Shown here: piece by piece, positions 1 to 13,100 of the stretch
How the letters are laid out: the number at the start of each line of letters is the position of its first letter
How positions within the stretch are numbered: position 1 is the stretch's first letter
Assembly: GCA_021443545.1 (NCBI GenBank)
Contig: JABUTU010000005.1
Span: forward strand, 51,205-115,204
DNA from: Marinilabiliaceae bacterium
Lineage (GTDB): Bacteria; Bacteroidota; Bacteroidia; Bacteroidales; Marinilabiliaceae
DNA length: 64,000 bases
Reading direction: 5' to 3'
Program-made: the position numbers and the translations under genes
The notes under the pieces: model-generated
Database searches by the model: none
Seen by the model: the letters and a program-made list of their open reading frames with translations, nothing else
Told to the model about the DNA's origin: nothing

Positions 1-3000
1 GTCAACGTATCATATACCTCTACACCCTGAGCGTTAAGACCACGATATACTGGCGTCTTACGTGTTATCTTCCAACGGAATACATTATCTCCCTTACCTA
101 AGTCAACATAAGTATGAGGATCCTTACTATCCTTGAAATTACCATTACCTGCTACTACTTCCCATTCGCCCCATTCCAGACCATCCGTTGTCTGTATGTA
201 GTTACCATCAAGTGTAGCATAATCAAAGCAGAGATCCTGCAGGTTGCCGGCATTAGGCACACTTGGGCGACCACTTGTGATGGTGACAAGATCCTCATCA
301 CGACAGCCCTTATACTCGGTAGTCCACTTAAGTATATTCTTACCTCTTGCAAGATTAGAAATCTTAGTATTCGGTGCCTTATTGTCAGCAAATAGACCCG
401 AAGATGTTGCTCCAACAACAGTCCACTGTCCCTTAGCAGCTCCTGGATCACTTGCTTCGAGAATGACATTATCTTCACATGTAATCTGATCGTCACCAGC
501 GTGAGCCTCCATTCTGTTGTATTCAACAACGACATCAGCTTGTGAGAGACATACAAATGAATTGTCATAAACACGTCGTATGGTCCATGTATACCTGTTA
601 CCATTCTTATTGAATGGAACATTACGTATCTGAGTCATCGGCTCTTGAGGTGATACGATATCACCACCACCCTCTGCTATAGACCATTCACCAGTCTCTA
701 CGAATTTACCTGTTGCGTCATAAGCAAGCTGACCAGCAGATATGATAGTCGCATTCGTGTCGCAAAGCTGCTGGAAGTCACTCAAGATTTGTGCCTCTGT
801 TGCAGCATTATTAACAACTACAACCGTATCAACTGATGGACACTCAAGATAGTTTACAGTCCAAAGCAGTACATTCTCACCCACTCCGAGGTTTCGAACC
901 ATGGTATGAGGATCGCTCTGATTGTCAAATGAGCCTCGTCCCGAGCCCGCTGCAATCGTCCATTGACCGACACCTGGCGAAGGATTATTAGCTGACAGAC
1001 GAACACTATCCGTACATTGAGGAGCCACGTCACCAGCCTCCGACTTAATGAATATATTCTCCAAAACAGTCTCATCCGACAATTCGCAATTTTCATTCTT
1101 AATAACCCATCGGAATCTATTCAGACCGAATGCCAAGCCTTTGACTGTTACTGTCTGGTTCTCTGTTCCATCATTTCTGTAGAGAGGCAGGCGATTGACG
1201 AGTTCAGGTTCACCATTTGCAACGTCAGCATTAGGGTTCACAAACTGACCGCCACCCTCAATAAGTTCCCAATAAGCCTCTGTGAAATACATTGGTTTAT
1301 TACCAGAGAGAATTGAGGTAGAACCGCAGACTTGAGTTGGTTTGTCTGCATCTGGTCCTGCATCAGGGATAGTCGGTGTGTTATTGATAATAATGACAGT
1401 ATCTTGCGATACGCACTCACCGCCCTTGTCGGTTGATATACGCCATATAAGAGCATTTTCGCCATGACCAAGGTCGTAAACATCATTATCGATAAACTTA
1501 CCTGAACCGCCACCAGCAATGAGCCATTCTCCAACACCATAAGTTGGTGAATTAGGATTAAGTCGATATGTACCATCGCACGTAGTCAGTACGCCACACG
1601 TATTGTCAACACCACAAGCCCAAGCCTTATCAGCCATATCATTCTTGACCGTTATCGTATCAGTGCTCTCGCAAGTACCGTTCGAAATCTTATAGACAAA
1701 CGTATTGTCACCCTGCATTAAATTGACAACCTTAGGACAACGTTGGTTACGAGGATCTACTCCTGCTGGAACATTTGTCTTATCGAAATCAGCACCACCT
1801 GATATCAGCAACCACGACACACCGCTCTTGACATTGATGTCGGTGCCTCCAACCGTATGTATCACGTAAGGACGCTCCTTAGGTTCATTACCCTGAAGAT
1901 CAAATTCATAATTACATATTGCACGGTCTCCGACTCTGTCTTCTCCTGCGTAGGCATCAGTAACTGACAGGTTCCATATCTGAACCGTATCAGATGTAAC
2001 ACCGCTATTGTAGGTAATTGACCATTCAAATGTATTGCGACCCTTCTGGAGACCTCGTACTGTTGTCTTAGGATCCAGCACATCATCGAACTGACCTGCA
2101 CCAGCTATGACTCTCCAGCGACCGATACCATTGTATGGGCCATTCGCTTTGAGAGTATAGGTATCAGAACAGAGATTATAGATATGGTCGCCAGCCTCAG
2201 CAGCACGAACATCTCCATACGTGATATTAACCTCATCCCAGATTTCACAACCATGATTAACAACTGTCCAACGGAATGTTGAAGTTCCATTAGAAAGATT
2301 CTTAACCACTGCATTCGGGTTATGAATTTCGGACTGATCGATATCACCACCACCAGCCATGAGATTCCATGTACCCTCACCATAACCAGGTTGTACAGCG
2401 ATAGCCTGCAAGCTTGTCGAATTTTGGGTTAACTGATCCTGGTCAGGACCTGCGATGTCATTTGTATCATCATTAACCATTATCGGTGCATTATTCGTTA
2501 CAATGACAGTATCACGTGACACACATTGACCATTGTTGATAGATATAGACCAAACAAGGTAGTTATCTCCCTTTCTCAAACCTCCGACACTTGTATGTGG
2601 GTCCTTAGGATCGGCAAAGGTAAATTCACCCTTACCCGTCACACCAGACCACTGTCCAGCCCAAATACCCTCAAGATTTGGTGCTACTGCCTTCATGGTA
2701 GTCTGAGATGTACATATCTGGAAGTCCTTACCAGCATCCACATCAATTGCATTGTTCTTGACAACCAAATCAGCAAATGACGAGCATCCTCCACTCTTAC
2801 TTGTTATCATCCATCGTAGTACATTCTCACCACGATCGAAATTACGAGCAATAGTATGAGGATTATACATATCGTCGAAGTCGGCATGTCCCTCCTTAAC
2901 TATCCAATGACCCACTTCATATTTTGTATTGATTGCATTGGCGTTTAGGATAGCCTCATAATCACAGACAGTAAGTGAAGATTCAACCTGTGCTATTGTC

Positions 3001-4110
3001 ACTTCGTTATTTGTTATCACGATATCGTCATAACTCATACAACCATCTTGGATAATAGTCCAACGAAGCACATTCTCGCCTCTTCCGAGATTCTTAACGT
3101 CTGTAGTTGCATACGAAGAGTTGGTGAATGTGGCATCTCCAAGCTTATCTCCATTTGCATCCCGGGCAACATCCCAATAACCAATACTATTAGCTGGTAT
3201 TCTTGTCGCATCAAGGCTATAGGTACCACTACATGTACTACCATCCTGACCTGCCCTTACATCAAGTTTTGCATTGAATACATTGACTGTAACCGACTTA
3301 GAGCATGAACCATTGATGATAGTATAACGGAAGATATTATCACCGAGAGTCAAATCATTCAGATACAATGTTCTTGCATTTGGATTAGCTATCGTACCAC
3401 CACCTGTGATGCGCTCCCACACTCCATACTGGTTGGCATGAATAGCTGTACGCCACTCACTTCCTTCAAGAGTAACCTCTGGACCACAGACAATATACTT
3501 GTATGCCATCACATTGTTATTCTCTTGCATAGTCATCATTGACTCATCAATGAGCACGTCTCCATTTCCGCCTGAGGCTTTAATGGTTGGTGTATCGGTC
3601 TCATTATTGACAAGTTCAATCAATGCAGAGCTCTCGCAACCATTCTTGTTAATTGTCCATGAGACGATAGTAGAGCCTTGGTCAAGGTTGAAGATATTTG
3701 TATACGAATTATTTGCGAACTCTATCTCACCTCTTCCGCTCTCAACTTTCCACAGACCCGTTGAGCCCTCAGGAACATTCGTTCCCTGAATATCAGTCTG
3801 ACCATCACAAATTAGAGGTGAAACCGAAACAGCGCTTACAACAAGTATGTTATTGTTGATTGTCACCTTCTTCTCAAGTGTACATCCCTTATTGGTTGTT
3901 ACCGTCCACAAGAATGTATTTTCACCCTGAGCTATGTCTGTCAATGTCGTGTTAGGAGAGGTTGGCTGAGCAATATCTGCACCACCATGAACTATAGTCC
4001 ATAAGCCTCGTGAACCAGCTGGCAGAGAAGCATTCATCCTTGTCGTGTTAGTACATAGATTCTGCAAATCGCCAGCTGTGAATGATGGAATCTCATTAAT
4101 CTCAATATCT
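1..4110 (-). repeat. At least 15 tandem ~80-90-aa repeats of a third family, continuing beyond the window edge
   Basis: The recurrent pattern is C......L.A......G.W....G.G.F.....P.T.V..L..G.N.F.W.I....C...D.V.I.NN. An example is ..CTDSVRLSANNPSPGVGQWTIAAGSGRGSFDNQSDPHTMVRNLGVGENVLLWTVNYLECPSVDTVVVVNN. Confidence 0.65.
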
Positions 4111-7100
4111 ATAGGCGCAGACCACTCGCCATAACCACAATCATTATGACCTCTTACTCTAATCTGACCTGTAAGATGAGATTGCGTCTCGTCAATAGCA
4201 ACCATCATAGAAGCTGTTCCTTCACCCGTCTCCACTACAAATCCTGCAGGAAGTTCCCACTCATAATTTGTCGCGTATTTTATGACTGGAACACTGATAA
4301 ATATCTCTTTATCACCCTGACAGTATGTTGATGGAGCTATGATAGCAGCTGGAGCCTCTGGCAATCTATTTACAGAGATAAGTCGCTCTATGTATTCGCT
4401 ACCATCACAGTCATTTACGGAACGAACTCGCATTATGCCACCAGCAAAGTCTTTAGCCACGTCAACAGCAATCTTCCTTGTGCCATTACCTGAGACAATC
4501 GACATGCCTGTTGGGAGTTCCCATTCGTAACCTGTAGCATGGTCAACAGCATCAACAGAGTATGTTACATTATGCTGACCCTGACATACCAACTCATAAC
4601 CCTTAATCATTGCTGGTTTATCAGCCAAAGGCAATACCGCTACAGTGACTGTTGCATCAACCCTGACTGGAACGCAGTTATTAGCATCTATAACGCTCTC
4701 GATGATATAGTCTGTTGTTTCAGTTGGAGACACCTCAACTGGCACTTTGTATATCACATTACCACTGGCATCAACATCCTGATATTGAACATCTATATTC
4801 GCTATCGTTCTCGTCATCTTGACACCCGCCTTATTGTAGTAATATGTAAGAGAATACGGAGCCTCACCACCACGAATAGTCATTATGATTTCAGTCTTCT
4901 GACCCTCACATATCGTTGTGCTTCCATTGGCTGTCACTTCTGGCAATGGCTTCGAAACAACAGTTGCCTCACCCTGCATATCACCGCTCTGAGCCACACA
5001 GTAGTTATCGCTGACAGATATAACCTTAAGCTTATAATCGCCTGGGGCCTCAGGAGTATAAGTAAATGTATATGGAGTCTCATCTGTCGTAATGTTATAG
5101 TTGAGAGAACCATCATTTACTACTACGTTCCAAGGAGCACCTGTCTCAGGAGTCAAATCTATCGTGACATCGGTTGATGTTCCATAGCATATTGTGCTAT
5201 TACCATATATGTATGATGTCGGACGAGGACGAACAGGAACAGCTACAGCATTTGTATTAAATGTACCACGTCCGCATGCTGGATCAGTCTCATATATTGC
5301 GACAATTGAATATAGAGCACTCTTCTCTGGTGTGAACTGATCGACAACCTGTGGTGAAACTGATACAGGAACAACCACTTCCTTATTAGGATCATTATCA
5401 CGGCGTATCACGACGTTAAGTGGACGCTTAGACAAATCCCAACCCGTCGTAACAAGTTTCAGTTCTGCATTCTGACCCTCACATATGTAATAGTCAGCAT
5501 CTGTAGAGACTCTGCTCAGTTCAATATGAGCCTCAGGCTGATGCATTACGATGGTATCAGTCAGCCAACAATCTGTATTATAGTCGAATTTACCATCAAC
5601 CTTACTGTCGTCTGTAACACGTATTGTATAAACACCAGCCTTCAGACCTGTGTAGACCTTAGAAGATGCCTGATCGTCATTGTTGTAGTTGTTAGGACCA
5701 GTAACCTCAATACGATATGAATTACCAGCACCAGGCACACCACCCTCAACCTTGAGTTCGAACGAACCTGTCAATTCATCGTAACAAGCAATATTGGTGC
5801 GTGACACCTTAGTCAACTTCAACTCATCAGGCTGAGTCAAGAGTATCTTATTGGTATTGTCATAACCATTGGTTGCAGCATTGTATGCCATATAATTAGC
5901 CTCTGCTCTATTGGCATCCACAACCTTGATTGTATACCAGCCCGGTGCGAGTTCTGTGACATTGAGTGACGACTTATTGTACTCAGCACCGACAACATAC
6001 CCACGATCGTTATAACACTCTATCGTGTATGGGATTGTACCACCCGTCACATCAATATCAATCTTACCATTATCGTCGCCATGACAAGGTATGACGTTTG
6101 TTGCTACGATATATGCATTCAACGGCTCGTTTGGCTGAGAGACATGAATAATGCCCGACTCAACCTCGCAGAGGTTCTCATCCTTAACAATCACCTTGTA
6201 AGAACCACAGGCAAGACCTGAGATATGTGTTCTATCCGTAGCAATCGAAGTTGTCATATCATTAATATCATACCACTCATAGTGATAATTACCATAACCG
6301 CCCGATACTGCAATGGTTATTTCACCTGTTGACTGACCATTAATTCTGACATTGACAACACTTCTGACTGAAACGCTGAGAGGTTCTGCAGGTTGCTGTA
6401 CCTCGATATCATTAGCCTCAACTATACAGCCATTCTGATCATTTACAACAAGACTATACTTACCAGCAAAGAGGTTTGATGCAACAGGACCATTATTGAA
6501 CTGTGCATTTGAACCTGCCCAATAGTAAGTGTAATTACCCGCTGCATCAGGCGTACCTCCCTCAACAGTCACTGTTATTTGACCAGTATTAAGACCATTA
6601 CACTTAACATCCTCAACTTCGATATTTGATATTCTCAATACCGAATTAGGAGCTGCGATGCTGTACTTACGCGTCACGACACATCCATAAACATCATCAG
6701 TTATGACAACTGTATAATCACCTTGCATCAAGTTCTTCTGAACAGGAGAACCTGGAACTATGTTCGCTGATGGACCAGTCCATGAGTACGAGTAGTTACC
6801 TGAACCACCGCTTACTGTCAACTCCAACTTGCCCGAAGCTGTGCCATAACACTTAACGTCCTCAATATTGGCATCTACAATCAGATTATATAGTCTTCCC
6901 AATGTTATTGTCTTCTCAACAACACAAGCATTTGGATTACCACTGATATCTACACGACTGTCTGTCACTGTCAGCTTGTATGTTCCAGCAGTAAGACCCG
7001 ACTGACTTGCTGATGTCTCGGTATAACCACGACCATCTGTAGACTCCCACTTATAGATGTATGGTTTGACACCACCAGTCATAATAATATCTATGCTACC

Positions 7101-10100
7101 ATCCATCTGGCCCTCACACGTCTCATCGTGAGGTATAGCTGTAATCTGTAGAGGAGTTGCAAACTCAATCGTCTTAGTTAGAGAACACTTGCTACGTCCA
7201 GCAGATGCATCAATTACAGTTACCTTGTAAAGACCATTGTGCATACTTGTCAGATTTGACACTGACGTCTGTCCTGCGAATCCATTCTGATCCACAGCCT
7301 CACCAGACCAGAGATAGGTCAGATTACCACCAAGACCCGTCGTAGCATCAGCCTTCCAGCCACCTTTGACATTTTCTATCTTAAGAGCTCCACCCATTCC
7401 ATTCTCACAATCTACATCCGAAACCATAACGAGGTCGAATGAGATGTCAACTGGCTCTTCTATAACAGCCGACTTAGTCATCTGACATCCATTGGCATCT
7501 GTCACAGTCAATGAATAGGTACCCTTGGCAAGATTCTCGAGAGTACGCGTGGTAGCTTGATTGCTCCAAAGATATGTATATGGAGCTGCACCACCGCTTA
7601 CGGTTGATGTTATACGTCCATCTGAATCGCCATAACAGGCGACGTCTGTCTTGTTAAGTTTGATATCAATAACATCAGGCTCAGCAACTTCGAATACTCT
7701 CGTAACTACACATGATGTCACTATATCCGTAACTGTAACCTGATATGTTCCAGCATCCAATGACGAGATGCCAGGTGTCGTAGCAGTAAAGGCATTAGGT
7801 CCTGTCCATGAATAGCTATACTTACCTGAGCCACCTGACACACCTATGTTAATTGAGCCATTATCACCTCCATTACATATTACATCGGTTACCGAGATTT
7901 CGCTCTCATCAAATGTCAACTCTATTGGCAATTCAATTGTCTTCGTCACAGAACAGTTATGTGAGTCTGTGAAGACAAATGTGTAGAGACCGCCTCGCGA
8001 CACATTGCTCAACGTATACTCCTTATAATCGCCATTGGCATCAGTTCCATCAACTGGAGCTCCATCAAATACAAGATTTGCATATGGACCGCTCGCCACA
8101 TATCGATAGATACCTGTGCCTCCATATACCTTAGCCTTGATTGTATGTTTGTAATGACAATCAACTGGTGTGTCGGTCAATACAACATCAATTGCTGACT
8201 TAGCATTCTCAACAACAAACTTCTCCTGAATTGAACATCCATTTGTATTGTCAGTAAGTGTCAGAGTATATGTACCTGGAGCCAAATCATACAACTCTGG
8301 AGCATTGTCATTAGCAGCTGTGATACCGACACCTGTCCACAAGTATCTCACATTATTAGAATCTGCAAATCCATCCAACTTGAGATTTGTGATAGCTCCA
8401 TCTGCAGCTCCCTCACATTGCTCATGAGTGATGTTTGCTGAAACATTTAACTTTGTCTTGTATACAAGATTGAAGACTCTTGAAACCGTACATGTTGACC
8501 TCTCTGAGTCAGACACGGTCACTCGGTACATTCCCTCTGCCAAAGATGTAGCATTCTGCAATGTCGAACCCTCTGCCAATGGTGCCCATGTCGTTCCGCC
8601 ATCCTGTGACGACTCCCACAAATAAGAGATTATTCCAAGATTACCTTTGACAGCTATAGTTATACTACCATCGTTTATTCCCAGACAACTTGGATTCTCA
8701 ACTGTTGATATGACATGGAGGTTAGACAATGTGAAGAACTCTGATACAACACACTTGTCAAGTGCTGTTGAATTCAGGTCAGTAACCGATATCTTATAAG
8801 AACCCTCTGGCAGATTTGTATAAGAAACCAGATTGTCAACATCACTCTTTGTCATAGCAGAGCGATTCTCTGCTCCAGTAAGTGTTACAGAATAACTATT
8901 GCCACTCTTATTGTAACCACCCTTTATCGAGAATGTAACCTCACCTGTATTACCCTCACACTCAATATTTGTTTTGAAATTCTCTATCGTAAGCTGATCT
9001 GGCTGAAGTATCTCCTGCGACAGCAATGTATGAATACAATTATTTGCATCTGTAACATCAGCCATATAAATTGTACCACCTACAAGATTCTTAAACGTAT
9101 GTGAACCTGTAGTCATTGCCTGTTCTTGAACAGATTGAGGATTTTTACTATCGTAGAAGTGTACATTATATGGACGAACACCACCCTTGACATATACCGT
9201 TATCTGTCCGTCAGGAGAACCATTACATGTCGTTACATCCTTTGGCGTCAAAGAAGCTATCAACTCCTCTGGCTCCTCGATTATATAATCAATTGGCTCA
9301 CTCTCACAATTGTTATCCTTGTCCTTGACAACAAGGGTATACTTACCAGCTACAAGGTCAATGAGTTTTGGCTTATCACTTCCTTGAAGTGGTGTTAAAG
9401 AACCATTCAAGTACCAATTATACTCTGGATTACTTGTTCCTGCCTCCTTAACTTCAATAGAACCCGAAGCGTCGCCATAGCACTTCACATCAACCTTCTC
9501 AATGAGGTCAACAGTAATTTGCGAATGTTCTGTAAGACTAATTTGTTTAGACTTAGTACATCCGTTGGCATCCGTCACAATAACTTGATAACTTCCTGTT
9601 GGTTTGCCAATGTATTCGTATGTTGCAACATACTTACTATCAACAGCATCGTAAGTTGCTTTAGCCTTGTGAAGACCATTAATGAATACTTCATAATAGT
9701 AGTCCCCAACAACAATACCCTCAGTAGGATCTGCCACAGTTGCATTTAACGGTTCTCCACCGCTTACGTCAACCTTTATTGCATTATTATTGACAAATGC
9801 ACAACTTCTCTGTGACTGTGTCACCGTTATCTCAAGTGGATTCAAAGGTTGGAGAATCTCAACTCTTTCCTTGAAACCTACGCCATTATGATCTGTCACT
9901 TCAATGGTATATACTCCGGCAACAATATTATCAATCAGATAAATACCAGGTTCCGTAACAGTCATATGAGTGCGACCATTAACCGTAATGACATAAGGGC
10001 CTACACCATTGTAGATACGGACATTGATTGCACCTGAAGGCTCTCCATAACAGAGGACATCAATAGACTTATCGATATTTCCATCCAAAGCGCCATTGTC

Positions 10101-13100
10101 GCTAACAGCTACTTCAACCGGATATTCACAATTATTATTGTCTGTTACAACATACTTGTACATACCAGCTGGTACATCACGCAACTCAAGATTATTTTGT
10201 GCTGCTGTACCAGATGCTACATACTGACTCGTTGCGTCATCCCATATATACCATTGAATAACATATGGATAAGAACCACCCTCGATAGAGGTGATACGGA
10301 TAATACCAGTTGCATCACCTACCTTCTCGATGTCTGTTACAACATGTGTTGTTACTATAGCCGCTGGCTGCTTGACGTCAAATGATTCACTAATCTTACA
10401 TCCATACCTGTCTTCAACTGTAATGTAGTATGAACCAGCCTTAACACTGTTCATCGTCGACACTGAGCTCAATTCATGGCGGAGTGAAGCCTCATTAGAC
10501 CATGTCACTCTGAAGTAATCATCAGCTGAGTCAACTACTCCATCTCCGTTCAAATCCGACAACGATTCAAATGGTGTTCCACCAACTATTGTAACATCAA
10601 TCCTACCATTAGCCTGACTATTACACGTTACATCATCAATGTTGACATTTCCAATCTCCAAACGCTCTTTCGAGCCCTCGACTACAGCAGTAGCGGAAAC
10701 AGAACAGCCATTGTTTACATCTGTCACGATGACTTGATAGCTACCAGCACTCAACGACTGCTGATCCTTAGCCCCTTCAACAATGCCAGTACCATCACCA
10801 AGCCATTTATACGTGTAGACATTCGATCCGCCAGTTACATTAACAATGACGCTACCATCATTAGAACCAACGCAAGTCTCCTTGCCATTGGTAGCAACGA
10901 TGTTGAGCTTCATAATATCACTGACATGATATGGACCACCCTCAACTATGCAATTTGTTGCTGAGCCTTGTTCTGTCCTATCGAGATCTGTCACAAGTAC
11001 TTTATAGTATGCAGCAACCAAACCTGCTTGATAAGCTCCGTTCCTATCATCAATGCCAGAATGGTCAACAGGCACCGTGCAAACTACATCTTCAAATGCA
11101 GACCATTGATAGCTATAATTACCTGAACCGCCACTTACATCAATAGTTACAGCACCAGTTCTACTTCCTGTACAATGGTTGTCAGTGATAACAACATCGT
11201 CGCTTATCTTCAACGGACTGACAAAACTGATTGTACGATTAACATCACAACCACCACTTCTCTTGACAGTAGCAGTGTAAATACCATAGGATAGGTTATC
11301 CTGTGTCAGTACATTCTGAGAATTACCTATAGTAATTGATGGGCCATTCCAGTAGACGGCAATCTTATTATTTGGGTCATCAATATATGCCTGATCTATC
11401 GCAGAATCTTCAAATACAATACTCAGCTTACCCTTAGAACCATCACAATCAACATCATCGACTATCGTCAAATCAAACTCAAGACTCTTAGCATCTTCAA
11501 CACTCACAGCATCCTGAGCTGTACATCCATTTGCATCAGTTACTGTTACGTAATAATTACCTGAAACAAGACCTGTCAGTTTTGGCTCTGTTGTTACAAC
11601 TTTGTGCGTGCCAAGGTTCCACTCATACTGATATGGTGAAACGCCACCTGTCACATCGACTGTAACCTCTCCATCTGCAACGCCATAGCATGAAGTCCTG
11701 ACAGGATTTGCCTTAACTTTTAATTCAACTGGCTCTGACACAGTCCAACTATAGAAATAATTGTGCTTATCACCTGTATAATCAGCGTTAGCCCAGTCTG
11801 TAACAACCAGATAGTATGTACCTGATGTAAGCTCAGAAGCAACGCGCGTCGTTGCAAATGCAGGTAACATTGCGTAATTGTTTGGATCCTCATTTACCGC
11901 AATTACAGTCTCAGGATTGGTATTCTTATACCAATGATACTCATAGTTACCAATACCTTTGACGATAGTAGGATCTATCTGGCCATTGCTACCACCATTA
12001 CACTTGACATCATATACATCTGCTGTGACCTCGACTGCAGAATGCAAAGTCGGTGTAGATGCTGTTGCAAGACACATATTCGCATCACGTACATAAAGCG
12101 TGTATACACCCCCTTCAACCAGACCTGATGCAGTATATGTCGTTGGATCCCAAATTACTGTACTTTCACCAGCCCAACTGAAATCATACATTGTCAATGC
12201 TGTCGTTGAACCACCTTGTACTCCTGGAGTAGTAAATAATGGATCTTGATATACTCTTACAGTACGTGCATTAACATCACTCAAATCGCCCTCCATCTTG
12301 AGATAGAACTCTATCTGAGTAGCTGCAAGCACCTCTGCACTCTCACGAGCAAAACACCCCTTATCATCAGTCACCGTCAGATAATATGTTCCAGGGCGGA
12401 GATTTGCTATATTGATATCACTTGAAGAGAATCCTTGAGGACCAGTCCAGCTATACTTCAGATTTGTCGCATCGTCAGCTATTACGACAGGTGATATAGC
12501 TCCATCATAAACATCACCATAACAAGTCTGATTCTTAACTGTCCAGCGCGAAGAATTGATATCAATATTCTGACTATTATCCAAATGGAAGAATACATCC
12601 TTATAGTTCTTAGTAGGAATCTTACCTCCTTCATTACCAGTTCCATCATCAATAACACGAACCTTATAGTATCCGACCGGCAGGTTTGTCAACGTCACCT
12701 TATTATCGTATGCTGGAATATGAATGGCATCCCATTGAGCTTGAGTCCATGAAGAGGTAGCATTCTCCAAATCATCAGTCTTACTATAATACCATTGATA
12801 TGACAATGTTCCCGTATTACCATTAGCGGCAATTACAATCTTACCATCAGCAGCATTACTTGAACATGCAGGATTCTCCTTTTCTACAATCTCAATACTC
12901 AAATCCTGAATCTCAAATTCACGTTGTATTGAGCAATAGCCATCAGAGTTATAGTCAGATACAGTCAAGAGATATTTCCCTGGCTTCAAATCGCTCCATG
13001 AAACCATCTCTCCCATACCGCCATTTGGCTCAATGGCAGTTCCATCTGAATTATGACCTGTATTACCTAACGCAATCCACGAATTCAACACCTCAGTCTT

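Noticed and set aside
4539-5177. The 212-aa plus-strand track ORF, and other short plus- or minus-strand ORFs listed in 1..34 kb (for example 155..622, 1238..1576, 16492..16848, 23997..24359), might be genes.
   Set aside because: They all lie antisense to or out of frame with the giant ORF. Their translations are low-complexity and Cys/Ile/Leu/Ser-rich with no recognisable motifs. They are shadow ORFs.
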